Positions 33,059 through 43,631 of a stretch of 64,000 nucleotides of DNA are shown here, in pieces. The stretch's first letter is position 1; every line of letters begins with the position of its first letter. The notes under the pieces are model-generated. The model saw nothing but the letters and a program-made list of their open reading frames with translations, was not told where the DNA came from and ran no database searches. The translations under genes and the position numbers were made by a program. Origin of the DNA: Thermomonas sp. (lineage in GTDB: Bacteria; Pseudomonadota; Gammaproteobacteria; Xanthomonadales; Xanthomonadaceae); contig DATIDW010000006.1 of assembly GCA_035456065.1 (NCBI GenBank), positions 6,513-70,512 on the forward strand. The letters run 5' to 3'.

Positions 33059-34471
33059 TCAGGTCACCACCCGATAGCACGGCTTGTAGTCACCGGCGAT
33101 CTTCATCCGGCGCTGTTCGACGAAGGCGCGAAGCAGTGCGTCCAGCGCTTGCATGATGTCCGGGTCGCCATGGATCTCGAACGGGCCGTACGCCTCGATC
33201 CGGCGCAGGCCATCCTCCTTGACGTTGCCGGCGACGATGCCCGAAAACGCACGGCGCAGGTCGGCGGCGAGTTCGTGCGGGCGGCGGCCATGGTGCAGGT
33301 CGAGCGCGGCCATCGCCTCGTGGGTCGGCACGAACGGCTGCTGGAACGCCAGCGGCACGTGCATGGCCCAGTTGAAGAAGAACGAATCCTTCTGCGCGAC
33401 GCGCTGCTCGCGCACCTCGCGGATCCCCGATGCCATGTGCTTCGCCACGGTGGCCGGGTCGGCGACGACGATCTCGTAGCGTTCGGCCGCGGCATCGCCC
33501 AGGGTCAGGCGGATGAAACGGTCGATCTGCTCGAAGTACGGCGCGGCACCGGTCGGGCCGGTCAGGATCAGCGGGAAGCGGCGGCCGGCGTTCTCCTCGC
33601 GCAACAGGATGCCGAGCAGGTACAGGATTTCCTCGGCGGTGCCGACGCCGCCCGGGAACACGATGATGCCGTGGGCCATGCGCACGAACGCCTCGAGGCG
33701 CTTCTCGATGTCGGGCATGATCACCAGGTGGTTGACGATGGGGTTCGGCGATTCCGCCGCGATGATCCCCGGCTCGGTGATGCCGATGTAGCGGGTGCGC
33801 CGGCGACGCTGCTTGGCATGCGCGATCGTGGCGCCCTTCATCGGGCCCTTCATCGCGCCGGGTCCGCAACCCGTGCAGATGTCCAGCCCGCGCAGGCCCA
33901 GCTCGTAGCCGACCTGCTTGGTGTAGACGTATTCCTCGCGGCCGATCGAGTGGCCGCCCCAGCACACCACCAGGTTCGGATCGGCCGGGTGCAGGACGCG
34001 CGCGTTGCGCAACAGGCGGAACACCGCATCGGTGATGCCGGCGGTGGTCGCGAGGTCGGCCTCTTGCTCCGGGCCGAGTTCGATCGCGGTGTAGGCGAGG
34101 TCGCGCACCACCGCGAACAGCAGCTCGGCGACGCCGTGGATGATCTCGCCATCGACGAAGGCCATCGCCGGCGCATTGCGCAGGTCGATGCGCATGCCGC
34201 GGTCCTGCTGGTTCACCTGGATGTCGAATTCGGGGTAGAGCTCCTGCGCGGCGCGCGGATCATCGGAGGCGCTGCCGCTGGTCAGCACCGCCAGCGCGCA
34301 GCGGCGCAGCAGGTCGTGCATGCCGCCGGAGGCATCGCGCAGGCGCGCGACCTCCTCGCGGGAGAGGATGTCCAGCCCACCTTTCGGGTAGATCTGCGCA
34401 TCGACGGTCGGGAGGGTGGAAACGGGGATTTGTACGGCCGCGCCCTGCGGCATGTGATTGATGTCATTCAT
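33059..34471 (-). CDS. ppnN: Nucleotide 5'-monophosphate nucleosidase (LOG family)
   Basis: VVCWGGHSI, TGCGPGAMKGPMKG, PGGVGTAEE, AFSGIVAGNVK. Confidence 0.9.
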   Translation of the reverse strand: MNDINHMPQGAAVQIPVSTLPTVDAQIYPKGGLDILSREEVARLRDASGGMHDLLRRCALAVLTSGSASDDPRAAQELYPEFDIQVNQQDRGMRIDLRNAPAMAFVDGEIIHGVAELLFAVVRDLAYTAIELGPEQEADLATTAGITDAVFRLLRNARVLHPADPNLVVCWGGHSIGREEYVYTKQVGYELGLRGLDICTGCGPGAMKGPMKGATIAHAKQRRRRTRYIGITEPGIIAAESPNPIVNHLVIMPDIEKRLEAFVRMAHGIIVFPGGVGTAEEILYLLGILLREENAGRRFPLILTGPTGAAPYFEQIDRFIRLTLGDAAAERYEIVVADPATVAKHMASGIREVREQRVAQKDSFFFNWAMHVPLAFQQPFVPTHEAMAALDLHHGRRPHELAADLRRAFSGIVAGNVKEDGLRRIEAYGPFEIHGDPDIMQALDALLRAFVEQRRMKIAGDYKPCYRVVT

Positions 34472-34525
34472 AGACCGCGCACTTTAGCGCAGCCGGACGG
34501 CATGGCGCACCCCGTCGCCAGCAAC

Positions 34526-34555
34526 GAAAACGGCCGGGTTTCCCCGGCCGTTTCC
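34526..34555 (-). terminator. Intrinsic terminator after TonB-dependent receptor
   Basis: Minus strand AAACGGCCGGG-GAAA-CCCGGCCGTTTTC-type hairpin. Confidence 0.75.
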
Positions 34556-34578
34556 AGATCACGCCACCAGCGCGTGGA

Positions 34579-37500
34579 TCAGAACTCGTACTTCAGGCCC
34601 ACCTGGATCGACCACTGCGAGATGCCGTTGGTCTGGCCGTCGGCATCGGTCGGCACGGCCAGCGCGGAGGCTTGGCCGAATTCCGTGCCGCTGCGGTAGC
34701 CGTAGACGTACTTGCCGTCGTGGATGCCGATCAGGCTCGCGACCGCGACGTTGGCGTTGAAGCCGTAATCGACGATGTGGCCCCAGTCCTTGTTGAGCAG
34801 GTTGCCGACGTTCTGGATGTCCATCCAGAGCTTCGACTTGTGGCCCTTGAAGAAGCCCGGCAGTTCCTGGCTGATGCGCAGGTCGAAGGTGTTGACCCAA
34901 CCGGCGCGGAACGCATTCTCGGGCGCGTACTTGCCCCTGTAGAAGTCGAGGCCATCCTGCGTCGCCAGCCACGTATTGAACGCGGTTTCCATCGCGGCAT
35001 TCGGGGTGAACACGCCGGCGCTGCTGATCGAACCGAACTTCACGTCGTTGCCGGTGCCGTTCGGCACGTAGAAGAGGTCGTTGAAGGTACGGGCATCGCC
35101 GTTCGCGTCGCCGGAGAAGATGTAGCTGTACGGACGGCCGCTGCGCCCTTCGTAGAACACGCCGACCTGGGTCTCGTAATCGCCGAAGAACGCGTGCTTC
35201 CAGTTCAACGCGCCCGAGAAGCGATCCTTGATCTCGTAACGCGCGGTGCTGACGGTTTCTTCGTTGATGTTGAAGCCGTACTGCGAACCGTAGCCGGAGC
35301 CGGCGGTCGAGCTGGTCAGCGCGCCCACTTCCTCGGCGTTGGTGTAGGTGTAGCCCAACGTCCAGGACCAGTCGCTTTCCTCCGAGAACGGCTTGGACAG
35401 CGAGAAGGTCAGCTGCTCGCTCTTGCCCAGGCCGGTGTTCTCCAGCAGGTACACGTCGCCGAAGTAGCTGTTGTTGCCCGTGCGCGCACCGGTGAAGGGA
35501 CGGTTGTTGGTGTTCGGGTTCCAGTACAGGGTGCGGCCATCGACCGCGCTGGTGAAGCCGGGGCCGACGTTGAGGGTACGGTAGAAGATGCCGTTCTTGA
35601 CGTTGCTGATCAGCGCTTCGGCCGACGCGACGACGCCGTACCACGGCAGCTCGTGTTCGAACGCCAGGTTGGCCTTCCACACCGACGGCAACTCGAAGCC
35701 GTCGGCGATCGCATTGACGTTGCGGATGCCGGCGCCGCCCGGGGGAATGGACGGGTTCAGGCCATCCGGGCTGAACGGGATGCCGTTGGCGCAGCGACCG
35801 GCAACCGGGACGCAGTTGATCGTCGACGAGCTGGTCGCGGAGTAGGTGCCCGGGGTGCCATACGCGGTGTAGTTCAGGCCGGTGCTGCTGTAGGCGTTGC
35901 CGACCCACACCTGCGGGGCATCACCCTGGAACAGGCCGATACCGCCGCGCAGCTGGGCCGGACGCTCCCAGTCGAAGGTGTAGTTGAAGCCAACGCGCGG
36001 CTGGATGATGAAGCTGCCGCTGTAGGTGTTGGTATTGTCCAGGCCGAAGCCCCCGTTCGGGCAACTGGCGGGACCGGTGCCGTTGGCGACGCGCGCCGAC
36101 GCGAAGCAGGCGTTGTAGGTCGGGTCCGGGCTGGCCGTCGGGCGATCGCCACGCAGGCCCATGGTCACGGTCAGGTTGGAGTTGACGTACCAGGTGTCCT
36201 GCACGAACAGGCCGAGGGTCCTGTTGCCGTACTGCGCCGCGATCGCTGCCGGATCGGTCGGGTTGGTCTGCAGGTCGTAGTCGAAGTAGTAACCGTTGCG
36301 CAGGTTGCTGAAGTCCTGCACGCCGCTCACGATCGGCACGTAGAAGCTGTAGTTGCCCCTCGCATCCTGCAGGAAGAAGTTGTAGATGTCGTTGTCGTTG
36401 TATTCGAAACCGAACTTGAGGTCGTGGTCGCCCAGCGTCCAGGTGGCTGCGCCGAAGTAGTTCCAGGTCTCGGTCAACAGGGTATTGCCGCCCGAACTGC
36501 GCTCGGTGCCGAGGCGGATGAAGTCGACCGAGGTGTTCGGCGCATCGACCACGTTGTCGTTGTCGTCGAAATAGACGGTGATCGTCGGCGCGGTGGTCGG
36601 GTTGACGCGGATCGCGGAGTAGTCGCGGTAGGACACCTTGAACTCGGTCGAGAAGGTGTCGCTCCAGTCGCTGAACACCTGGCCGACGTAGCTTTCCACC
36701 GACTTCACGTGGTTGTACCAGTTGGAGCTCAGCGACAGGCCACTGGCGTTGGAGCCTTCCGGACGCACGCGCGCCTGCTCCAGGTTGCTGTAGCGGAAGC
36801 TGGCGCGATGGTTGTCGCTGATGTTCCAGTCGAGCTTGACCGCGTATTCCTCGAGCTCGGTGTCGCCATTGCCTTCAAGGCCGCCGGCATCGATGCCCCA
36901 GGTGGTCTTGAAGATATCCTGCACCAGCGCCAGGTCGGCGGCATCGAAATCGCCGCCGGCGATGAGCGGGGTATTGCTCAGGTCCGGGCTGGGCTTGCCG
37001 CGCTTGAACTTCTCGTAGTTGGCGAAGAAGAACAGCTTGTCCTTGACCAGCGGGCCACCGAGGGTGAAGCCGTAGGTCTGCTCATCGGTGAACTCGGAGA
37101 ACGGCGCGCCGGTGAGCGGGTGGTCGCCGAACCAGTCGCCGTCACGGAAGGAACCGTAGAGCGATCCGTGGAACTCGTTGGTGCCCGACTTGGTCACCGC
37201 GTTGACGTTCGCGCCGGCGGCACCGGAAATGGTCACGTCGTAGTTGGACAGGCTGATGTCCAGGGCTTCGATGGCTTCCATCGAAACCGGCTGGCGCATG
37301 GTCGGCATGTTGTTGCCTTCCAGGCCGAAGGTGTCGCTGGCGGACACGCCGTCGATGGTGATCTTGTTGAATCGCGGGTTCATGCCGCCGGCGCTGATGC
37401 TGCCCGAGGCGCGGTCGGTGAAGGCGACGCGGGGATCGAGCCGCATGTAGTCCTGGATGTTGCCGTTGATCGACGGCAGTGCCTTGATCACGTCCTGGTC

Positions 37501-37938
37501 GACGCTGGTGCCCGAGCCCATCTTGGTGGCGGAGAACACCGAGCTGCCCGCGGAAGCGACCGCCTGCACGGTGCCGAGGGTGGTCACGCTGTTGTTGAGC
37601 TGGCCGTCGACCGTGGCGGCCTGGTTGACGTTCAGGTACACGCCTTCTTCGCTGTCGCTGCCAGCGCCAGCCTTGTTGATCACGACGGTGTAGGGACCGC
37701 CCACGCGCAGGCCGCGCGCGTTGTAGCGACCGGACGCGTCCGTGGTGGCGCGACTGACCGTGCCGGACTCCACGTGGGTGATGGTGACTTCGGCGCCGGA
37801 CACCGGCTGGCCATCAGCGCCAACGACCTGGCCGCCGATGGCGGAGGACGTGCTTTGCGCGAACGCGGGGGCTGCGGCAAGCGCGAGCAGCAGGCCAAGC
37901 GACAGCTTCGACAGCCGGACGCGATTCGGTTGATTCAT
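34579..37938 (-). CDS. Oar-like TonB-dependent outer membrane receptor with carboxypeptidase-regulatory-like N-domain
   Basis: Signal peptide, GLRVGGPYTV, NAVTKSGTNEFHGS, GGPLVKDKLFFF; C-terminal KYEF. Confidence 0.9.
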   Translation of the reverse strand: MNQPNRVRLSKLSLGLLLALAAAPAFAQSTSSAIGGQVVGADGQPVSGAEVTITHVESGTVSRATTDASGRYNARGLRVGGPYTVVINKAGAGSDSEEGVYLNVNQAATVDGQLNNSVTTLGTVQAVASAGSSVFSATKMGSGTSVDQDVIKALPSINGNIQDYMRLDPRVAFTDRASGSISAGGMNPRFNKITIDGVSASDTFGLEGNNMPTMRQPVSMEAIEALDISLSNYDVTISGAAGANVNAVTKSGTNEFHGSLYGSFRDGDWFGDHPLTGAPFSEFTDEQTYGFTLGGPLVKDKLFFFANYEKFKRGKPSPDLSNTPLIAGGDFDAADLALVQDIFKTTWGIDAGGLEGNGDTELEEYAVKLDWNISDNHRASFRYSNLEQARVRPEGSNASGLSLSSNWYNHVKSVESYVGQVFSDWSDTFSTEFKVSYRDYSAIRVNPTTAPTITVYFDDNDNVVDAPNTSVDFIRLGTERSSGGNTLLTETWNYFGAATWTLGDHDLKFGFEYNDNDIYNFFLQDARGNYSFYVPIVSGVQDFSNLRNGYYFDYDLQTNPTDPAAIAAQYGNRTLGLFVQDTWYVNSNLTVTMGLRGDRPTASPDPTYNACFASARVANGTGPASCPNGGFGLDNTNTYSGSFIIQPRVGFNYTFDWERPAQLRGGIGLFQGDAPQVWVGNAYSSTGLNYTAYGTPGTYSATSSSTINCVPVAGRCANGIPFSPDGLNPSIPPGGAGIRNVNAIADGFELPSVWKANLAFEHELPWYGVVASAEALISNVKNGIFYRTLNVGPGFTSAVDGRTLYWNPNTNNRPFTGARTGNNSYFGDVYLLENTGLGKSEQLTFSLSKPFSEESDWSWTLGYTYTNAEEVGALTSSTAGSGYGSQYGFNINEETVSTARYEIKDRFSGALNWKHAFFGDYETQVGVFYEGRSGRPYSYIFSGDANGDARTFNDLFYVPNGTGNDVKFGSISSAGVFTPNAAMETAFNTWLATQDGLDFYRGKYAPENAFRAGWVNTFDLRISQELPGFFKGHKSKLWMDIQNVGNLLNKDWGHIVDYGFNANVAVASLIGIHDGKYVYGYRSGTEFGQASALAVPTDADGQTNGISQWSIQVGLKYEF

Positions 37939-38155
37939 GGTGATGACCTCGATGAACATGGATAAGAGACGACGGACGGTGAACGGCTCGGGCCGACACG
38001 TCCGTCCTGCGACGGTTGTCGGCGAATACTGGTGGACACCCTTGAACCCGTACCGGAACGCACGGGTTCACTAAAGTTTAACACGGTATCGGCGGCACAT
38101 GACGGCTTGATGACGGCCGCCACTGGGCGCCGAAAAGTGAAGAATCCCAGCCTAT

Positions 38156-38749
38156 TCAGGCAGTTGCGCGAAGGTATCCGGAGAAACCGTCGAGCAGCAT
38201 CTGTACCGAGATCGCCACGATGACCATGCCCATCAGGCGCTCGATCGCGGTCAACACCCGCACGCCCAGCCATTTCTTCAGGTAGGTGGCGGAGAACAGG
38301 ATGACCGCCGTCGCCGCCCACGCGATGGTCAGTGCCAGCATCCAGTCGCCCATCCGGCCCGGCTCCTGGCTGCCCAGCAGCATCACCGCTGCCATGCCCG
38401 AGGGACCGGCGATCATCGGGATCGCGATCGGCACGATGAACGGCTCGCCATCCGGCAGCTCGCCCATGATTCCCTCCGCCGGCGGGAAGATCATCCTCAG
38501 GCCGATCAGGAACAGGACGATGCCGCCGGCGATCGAGACCGACTCCTGGCGCAGGTGCATGACGTCCAGTGCGTACTGGCCGCCCCATAGGAACAGCATC
38601 AGCACGACCAGGGCGATCAGCAGCTCGCGTGCCAGCACCCGCCGCTGGCGGGCCGGCGGCAGCTCCTTGAGCAGGCCCAGGAACACCGGGATGTTGCCCA
38701 GCGGATCCAGGATCAGGAACAGCAGCAACGCCGCCGAGGCGATGGTCAT
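38156..38749 (-). CDS. MarC family membrane protein
   Basis: DPLGNIP, PIAIPMIAGP, ERLMG. Confidence 0.92.
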   Translation of the reverse strand: MTIASAALLLFLILDPLGNIPVFLGLLKELPPARQRRVLARELLIALVVLMLFLWGGQYALDVMHLRQESVSIAGGIVLFLIGLRMIFPPAEGIMGELPDGEPFIVPIAIPMIAGPSGMAAVMLLGSQEPGRMGDWMLALTIAWAATAVILFSATYLKKWLGVRVLTAIERLMGMVIVAISVQMLLDGFSGYLRATA

Positions 38750-39492
38750 GGCAACCAGCCGGCGTCCACGATGCGGCCGCGTTGCGCGGCCCCGGCGGGC
38801 GACAGCAGGGCGACGCAGGCCGCGGCGTGGGCGCTGGGCGGCCCCGCCTCGGCGTCGCCGTTTGGCTGGTAGGCGCGCCCGCGCAATGCGGTGCGCATCG
38901 GGCCAGGGCGATAGCCGCTGATGCGCGGGCCATGGTCGCCAAGCTCGGCCTGCAGCATCGAAACAAGCGCGGCCTGTGCCGGCTGCGCCAAGCCATATCC
39001 GCCCCAGAACGCCGAACCGCTGCGGGCAGGATCATCGATGGCGAAGACCACCGCGCCGGCGTCGGACCTGGCGAGCAGCGGCAGGCAGGCCTGCGTCAGC
39101 CACCAGCGCGCGGTCAGGTCGACATGGATGGCCCGGGCGAAGTCGGCGGGATCGGTATGCAGGAGCGGGGTCAGCCCCTTGAACTCGGCGGCGCAATGCA
39201 GGAGGCCGTCGAGGCGGCCCAGCTCGGCTTCGATGCGTTGCGCGAGTTCGTCATGATCGTCCGGCGTCGCGCCCACCAGGTCCAGCGGATACAGCAGCGG
39301 CTCCGGGCCGACCGCCTTCACCGCGTCGTACACGCGGTTGAGCGGCGCGACCTTGCGGCCCAGCAGCACGACGGTCGCCCCCGCCTGCGCGCAGGCCACC
39401 GCCGCGGCCGAGCCGAGGCCGCCGGCGGCGCCGGCGACCAGGATGACCCGCCCATCGAGCACCCGGCCATCAAGCACCCTCGTCGCGCTCAC
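38746..39492 (-). CDS. SDR oxidoreductase (YciK-like)
   Basis: ILVAGAAGGLG, LDGLLHCA, FWGGY, PGPMRT. Confidence 0.85.
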   Translation of the reverse strand: MSATRVLDGRVLDGRVILVAGAAGGLGSAAAVACAQAGATVVLLGRKVAPLNRVYDAVKAVGPEPLLYPLDLVGATPDDHDELAQRIEAELGRLDGLLHCAAEFKGLTPLLHTDPADFARAIHVDLTARWWLTQACLPLLARSDAGAVVFAIDDPARSGSAFWGGYGLAQPAQAALVSMLQAELGDHGPRISGYRPGPMRTALRGRAYQPNGDAEAGPPSAHAAACVALLSPAGAAQRGRIVDAGWLP

Positions 39493-39809
39493 GCCTTCTG
39501 CGCGTCCGCAACGATCCGGGCAAGTTCGCCGGATTCGGACAGCTCCACGGTGATGTCGCAGCCGCCGATCAGCTCACCGTTGATGAAGAGCTGCGGGAAG
39601 GTCGGCCAATCGGAGAATCGCGGCAGGTTGGCGCGGATCTCCGGCTCCTCCAGCACGTTCACCGTGTGCAGCTGTGCGCCCGCGGCCTTCAGTGCCTGCA
39701 CCGAGCGACTGGAAAAGCCGCACATCGGGAACTGCGGGGTGCCTTTCATGAAAAGCACGATCGGATGGCCTTCGATCTCGGATCGGATGCGGTCTTCGAC
39801 GGAAGACAT
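39489..39809 (-). CDS. grxD: Monothiol glutaredoxin Grx4
   Basis: LFMKG..CGFS, WPTFPQL, GGCD. Confidence 0.95.
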   Translation of the reverse strand: MSSVEDRIRSEIEGHPIVLFMKGTPQFPMCGFSSRSVQALKAAGAQLHTVNVLEEPEIRANLPRFSDWPTFPQLFINGELIGGCDITVELSESGELARIVADAQKA

Positions 39810-39966
39810 GGCGTTTGCTCCTGCAACGGTGTGGCCCGACGCGCCGGCGGCAGTCGATGACGTGTCGACGATGCGATGACGGGCGGTGGGGATAGAATGA
39901 TCGCTCGCTATTGTAAGTCTTCGCGCGGCCCCGGCCGCACCCTCCCCGACATGCCAGGAGCCCGCC

Positions 39967-40545
39967 ATGGCCATCGAACTGCCAGCCCTGCCCTACGACC
40001 GCACCGCCCTGGAGCCACACATCTCCGGCGAGACCATCGACTTCCACTACGGCAAGCACCACAAGACCTACGTGGACAACCTCAACAAGATGATCGAAGG
40101 CACCGAGTTCGCCGACATGCCGCTGGAGGAGATCATCCGCAAGTCGCAGGGCGGGATGTTCAACAACGCCGCGCAGATCTGGAACCACACCTTCTACTGG
40201 AACTGCCTCAAGCCCGCCGGTGGCGGCGAACCGAGCGGCAAGCTGGCCGACGCGATCAACGCCGCGTTCGGCGACTTCGCGAAATTCAAGGAACAGTTCA
40301 CCGACACCTCGATCAAGACCTTCGGCTCCGGCTGGGGCTGGCTGGTGCAGCGCAAGGATGGCTCGCTGGCGCTGGCCAGCACCTCCAATGCCGCGACCCC
40401 GCTGACCGGCGAAGACACCCCACTGCTGACCTGCGACGTGTGGGAACACGCGTATTACATCGATTACCGCAACGCCCGCCCGAAGTACCTGGATGCGTTC
40501 TGGAACCTGGTGAACTGGGACTTCGTCGCCGGCAACATGAAGTAA
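39967..40545 (+). CDS. sodB: Fe superoxide dismutase
   Basis: [26 protein letters not shown]. Confidence 0.95.
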   Translation: MAIELPALPYDRTALEPHISGETIDFHYGKHHKTYVDNLNKMIEGTEFADMPLEEIIRKSQGGMFNNAAQIWNHTFYWNCLKPAGGGEPSGKLADAINAAFGDFAKFKEQFTDTSIKTFGSGWGWLVQRKDGSLALASTSNAATPLTGEDTPLLTCDVWEHAYYIDYRNARPKYLDAFWNLVNWDFVAGNMK

Positions 40546-40567
40546 GCCATTTCGACATGGCGTGTCA

Positions 40568-40599
40568 CGCGAACGGCCGGGGAAACCCGGCCGTTCGCG
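40568..40599. terminator. Hairpin between convergent sodB and purK
   Basis: CGCGAACGGCCGGG-GAAA-CCCGGCCGTTCGCG; no clear T-run. Confidence 0.6.
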
Positions 40600-40722
40600 T
40601 TGCAGCGCCGGCCGATTGACGGCACGCGACATGAACGCAGCGACCGCCATCGCCAATGCTGCGGGCGCCGAAGCCTGTCCGGATATCCCGGCCGTTGTTC
40701 TTGGGCATCCGGAACGGCGCGG

Positions 40723-41865
40723 TCAGTCGCGCAGGCGTGCCACCACCGGCGCGACTTGCGCATGCCGGTCCAGCGCCGCCCCCACGCGAAGCAATGCTTC
40801 GCCGAGTCCGCCGGCATTGTCCGCGCGCAGCGTCGCATGCCCGACCTTGCGCCCCGCGCGCGGCCGCTTGCCGTAGTCGTGCCAGTGTCCCGATGCTTCA
40901 GCGAGCACCGGCGCGGCATCCGGCATTTCGCCGATCCAGTTGAGCATGCAGGCCACGCCCAGCATGCGGGTATCGCCCAACGGCAGGCCGAGCACGGCGC
41001 GCAGGTGGTTCTGGAACTGGCTGGTCTCGCTGCCTTCGATGGTCCAGTGGCCGGAGTTGTGCACCCGCGGCGCGAGTTCGTTGGCCAGCAACTCGCCATC
41101 GCGGCAGAACAGCTCCAGCGCGAACACGCCAACGTAGTCCAGCGCCTCCGCGAGCTTGCGCGCATGCGCCAATGCGATGGCCTGCATCGCGGGTTCGACG
41201 CGCGCCGGCGCCAGGCTGGCCGACAGCACGCCATCGACATGCCAGTTCTCGGTCAGCGGCCAGGCGCGGAAGTCGCCGCCCTGCCCACGCACCGCGACCA
41301 CGCTCATCTCACGTTCGAAGGCGACGAAACTCTCCAGGATCAGGCCCACGGTGCCGGCCTGCGCGCCCAATGCCTCCCACCCGGCGTCGACATCGGCCGC
41401 AGACCTGATCCGGAACTGGCCCTTGCCGTCGTAGCCGAGGCGGCGCGTCTTCAGGATGCAGGGCGTGCCCAGCCGCGCCACCGCCGCATCGAGCGCGGGG
41501 CGCGAGTCGATGTCGGCGAAGTCCGGCACCGGGATGCCGAGCTCGCGGAACAGGGTCTTCTCGGCAAGCCGGTCCTGCGCCACCGCGAGCGCACGCGGGC
41601 TCGGGAACACCGGCACCCGGCCCGCCAGCCATTGCGCGGATTCGGCGGGCACGTTCTCGAAATCGAAGGTGGCGACGTCGATCTTCGAAGCGAATTCGCC
41701 CAGCGCGGCTTCATCGGTGTAGTCGCCGACGACCATCGGCGCGAACTGCCCGGCGCAGGCGTCGGCGGCGGTATCCAGGACCAGGAAGCGCAGGCCGAGT
41801 GGCGCGGCGGACAACGCCATCATCCGCGCCAATTGCCCGCCACCGAGGATGCCGACCGTCTTCAT
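40723..41865 (-). CDS. purK: N5-carboxyaminoimidazole ribonucleotide synthase
   Basis: GILGGGQLARM, GYDGKGQ, NELAPRVHNSGH, RKVGH. Confidence 0.96.
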   Translation of the reverse strand: MKTVGILGGGQLARMMALSAAPLGLRFLVLDTAADACAGQFAPMVVGDYTDEAALGEFASKIDVATFDFENVPAESAQWLAGRVPVFPSPRALAVAQDRLAEKTLFRELGIPVPDFADIDSRPALDAAVARLGTPCILKTRRLGYDGKGQFRIRSAADVDAGWEALGAQAGTVGLILESFVAFEREMSVVAVRGQGGDFRAWPLTENWHVDGVLSASLAPARVEPAMQAIALAHARKLAEALDYVGVFALELFCRDGELLANELAPRVHNSGHWTIEGSETSQFQNHLRAVLGLPLGDTRMLGVACMLNWIGEMPDAAPVLAEASGHWHDYGKRPRAGRKVGHATLRADNAGGLGEALLRVGAALDRHAQVAPVVARLRD

Positions 41866-41878
41866 GGATGCGTGCGCC

Positions 41879-42397
41879 CTACTTGCGCGGATCGTCGTTG
41901 CGGGCGACGTCTTCGGTCTGCTGCGCGCGGAAGGCGTCGAGCGCTTCGCCGATCGACGGGTGTTCCGCCGCCAGCATCGCCGCCGCGAACAGCGCCGCGT
42001 TGGCCGCGCCGGCATTGCCGATCGCGAAGGTCGCGACCGGGATGCCCGCGGGCATCTGCACGATCGATAGCAAGGAGTCCATGCCGTTCAGCGCCTTGCT
42101 CTGCACCGGCACGCCCAGCACCGGCACCGCGGTCTTGGCCGCCAGCATGCCCGGCAGGTGCGCCGCGCCGCCGGCACCGGCGATGATCGCGCGCAGGCCG
42201 CGCGATGCAGCGCTGGCTGCGTAGTCGAACAGCACGTCCGGCGTGCGATGCGCCGAGACCACGCGCACCTCGTGCGCGACGCCGAGCGCCTCGAGCCGCA
42301 GCGCCGCATGCTGCATCGTCTCCCAGTCGGAGCGCGAGCCCATCACGATGCCGACGAGCGGCTTGGCTTGATCCGGTGCGTCCCCAGTGCCTGTCAT
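41879..42397 (-). CDS. purE: N5-CAIR mutase
   Basis: [30 protein letters not shown]; exact start uncertain. Confidence 0.96.
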   Translation of the reverse strand: MTGTGDAPDQAKPLVGIVMGSRSDWETMQHAALRLEALGVAHEVRVVSAHRTPDVLFDYAASAASRGLRAIIAGAGGAAHLPGMLAAKTAVPVLGVPVQSKALNGMDSLLSIVQMPAGIPVATFAIGNAGAANAALFAAAMLAAEHPSIGEALDAFRAQQTEDVARNDDPRK

Positions 42398-42482
42398 GTC
42401 GATGCCCGGCGTCATGACGCCCGATCCCAAACCGGTATTCTAGCGATCCCACCCGTCATCGGCGCGCGTCGCCCGGAACCGC

Positions 42483-42752
42483 ATGGACCGCAAGCTGCTC
42501 GACATCCTCGCCTGCCCCACCACCCGCATGCCGCTGGCGATGCTGGAAGCCCCGGGGCTGGAAGCGCTGAACCGCGCGATCGCCGCTGGCGGCGTGCGCC
42601 TCGACGACGGCAGCGTGCAGGCATCGCCGCTGCGCGAGGCGCTGGTCACCCGCGACCGCAAGACCGTGTACCGCATCGACGACGGCATCCCCGTGCTGCT
42701 TGCCGAGGAAGCCATCGCCACCGCGCAGGTCGCCGACTTCCCGAAGGCATGA
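42483..42752 (+). CDS. Trm112 family protein
   Basis: MDRKLLDILACP..YRIDDGIPVLL. Confidence 0.9.
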   Translation: MDRKLLDILACPTTRMPLAMLEAPGLEALNRAIAAGGVRLDDGSVQASPLREALVTRDRKTVYRIDDGIPVLLAEEAIATAQVADFPKA

Positions 42753-43627
42753 ACGCCGCGAATCCGTTCGCACCACCGCCAGGGGAGGTCATCGCGGCCA
42801 ATGTCGATGCCGCGCTGGCCGAGGACATCGGATCCGGCGACGCCACCGCGTCGCTGCTGGATGACGCGCCCGACCGCGCGTACCTGCTTTGCAAGGAAGA
42901 CTGCATCGTCGCCGGCCGCCCCTGGTTCGACGCCTGCCACCGCGCACTCGATCCCGATGTGCGCATCGACTGGCGCTGCGACGAAGGCGACCGCATCGCC
43001 AGGGGCACCGTCATCGCGACCCTCCAAGGGCGCAACCGCGCCCTGGTCAGCGCCGAGCGCGCCTCGCTCAACTTCCTGCAGACGCTGAGCGGGACCGCCA
43101 CTGTCACCGCCCGGCACGTCGATGCCGTGCGTGGCACTGGTGCGGCGATCCTCGACACCCGCAAGACCATCCCCGGGTTGCGCCTGGCGCAGAAGTACGC
43201 GGTTCGGGTCGGCGGCGGCGGCAACCACCGCATGGCGCTGTACGACGCGGTGATGCTCAAGGAAAACCACGTCCGCGCGTTCGGCTCGGTCGCCGCGGCG
43301 ATCGCCCGCGCCCGCGCGCTGCATCCGGAATTGCCACTGATCGTGGAGGTCGAAACACTCGCGCAACTGCGCGATGCGCTCGACACAGGCTGCACCCGCA
43401 TCCTCATCGACGATTTCGACGCGGATGCACGACGCGAAGCGGTCCGCATCGCCAAGGGGGCGCCGTATCACGGACGCATCCCGCTGGAGGTGTCGGGCGG
43501 CGTGGACCTGACCACCCTGCGTGGCATCGCCGAGGATGGCGTCGACTGCATCTCGATCGGCGGGCTGACCAAGCACGTGCACGCGATCGATTTCTCGCTG
43601 AAGCTCGGCCCGCCGCCCGGCGGTTGA
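42749..43627 (+). CDS. nadC: Nicotinate-nucleotide diphosphorylase (carboxylating)
   Basis: AEDIGSGD, DTRKT, NHR, KENH, EVSGG; ATGA overlap with the Trm112 gene. Confidence 0.95.
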   Translation: MNAANPFAPPPGEVIAANVDAALAEDIGSGDATASLLDDAPDRAYLLCKEDCIVAGRPWFDACHRALDPDVRIDWRCDEGDRIARGTVIATLQGRNRALVSAERASLNFLQTLSGTATVTARHVDAVRGTGAAILDTRKTIPGLRLAQKYAVRVGGGGNHRMALYDAVMLKENHVRAFGSVAAAIARARALHPELPLIVEVETLAQLRDALDTGCTRILIDDFDADARREAVRIAKGAPYHGRIPLEVSGGVDLTTLRGIAEDGVDCISIGGLTKHVHAIDFSLKLGPPPGG

Positions 43628-43631
43628 TCCG

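Noticed and set aside
39446..39480. Short tandem duplication (RVLDGRVLDGRV) at the SDR N-terminus
   Set aside because: Real but trivial 15-bp in-frame duplication before the Rossmann fold.
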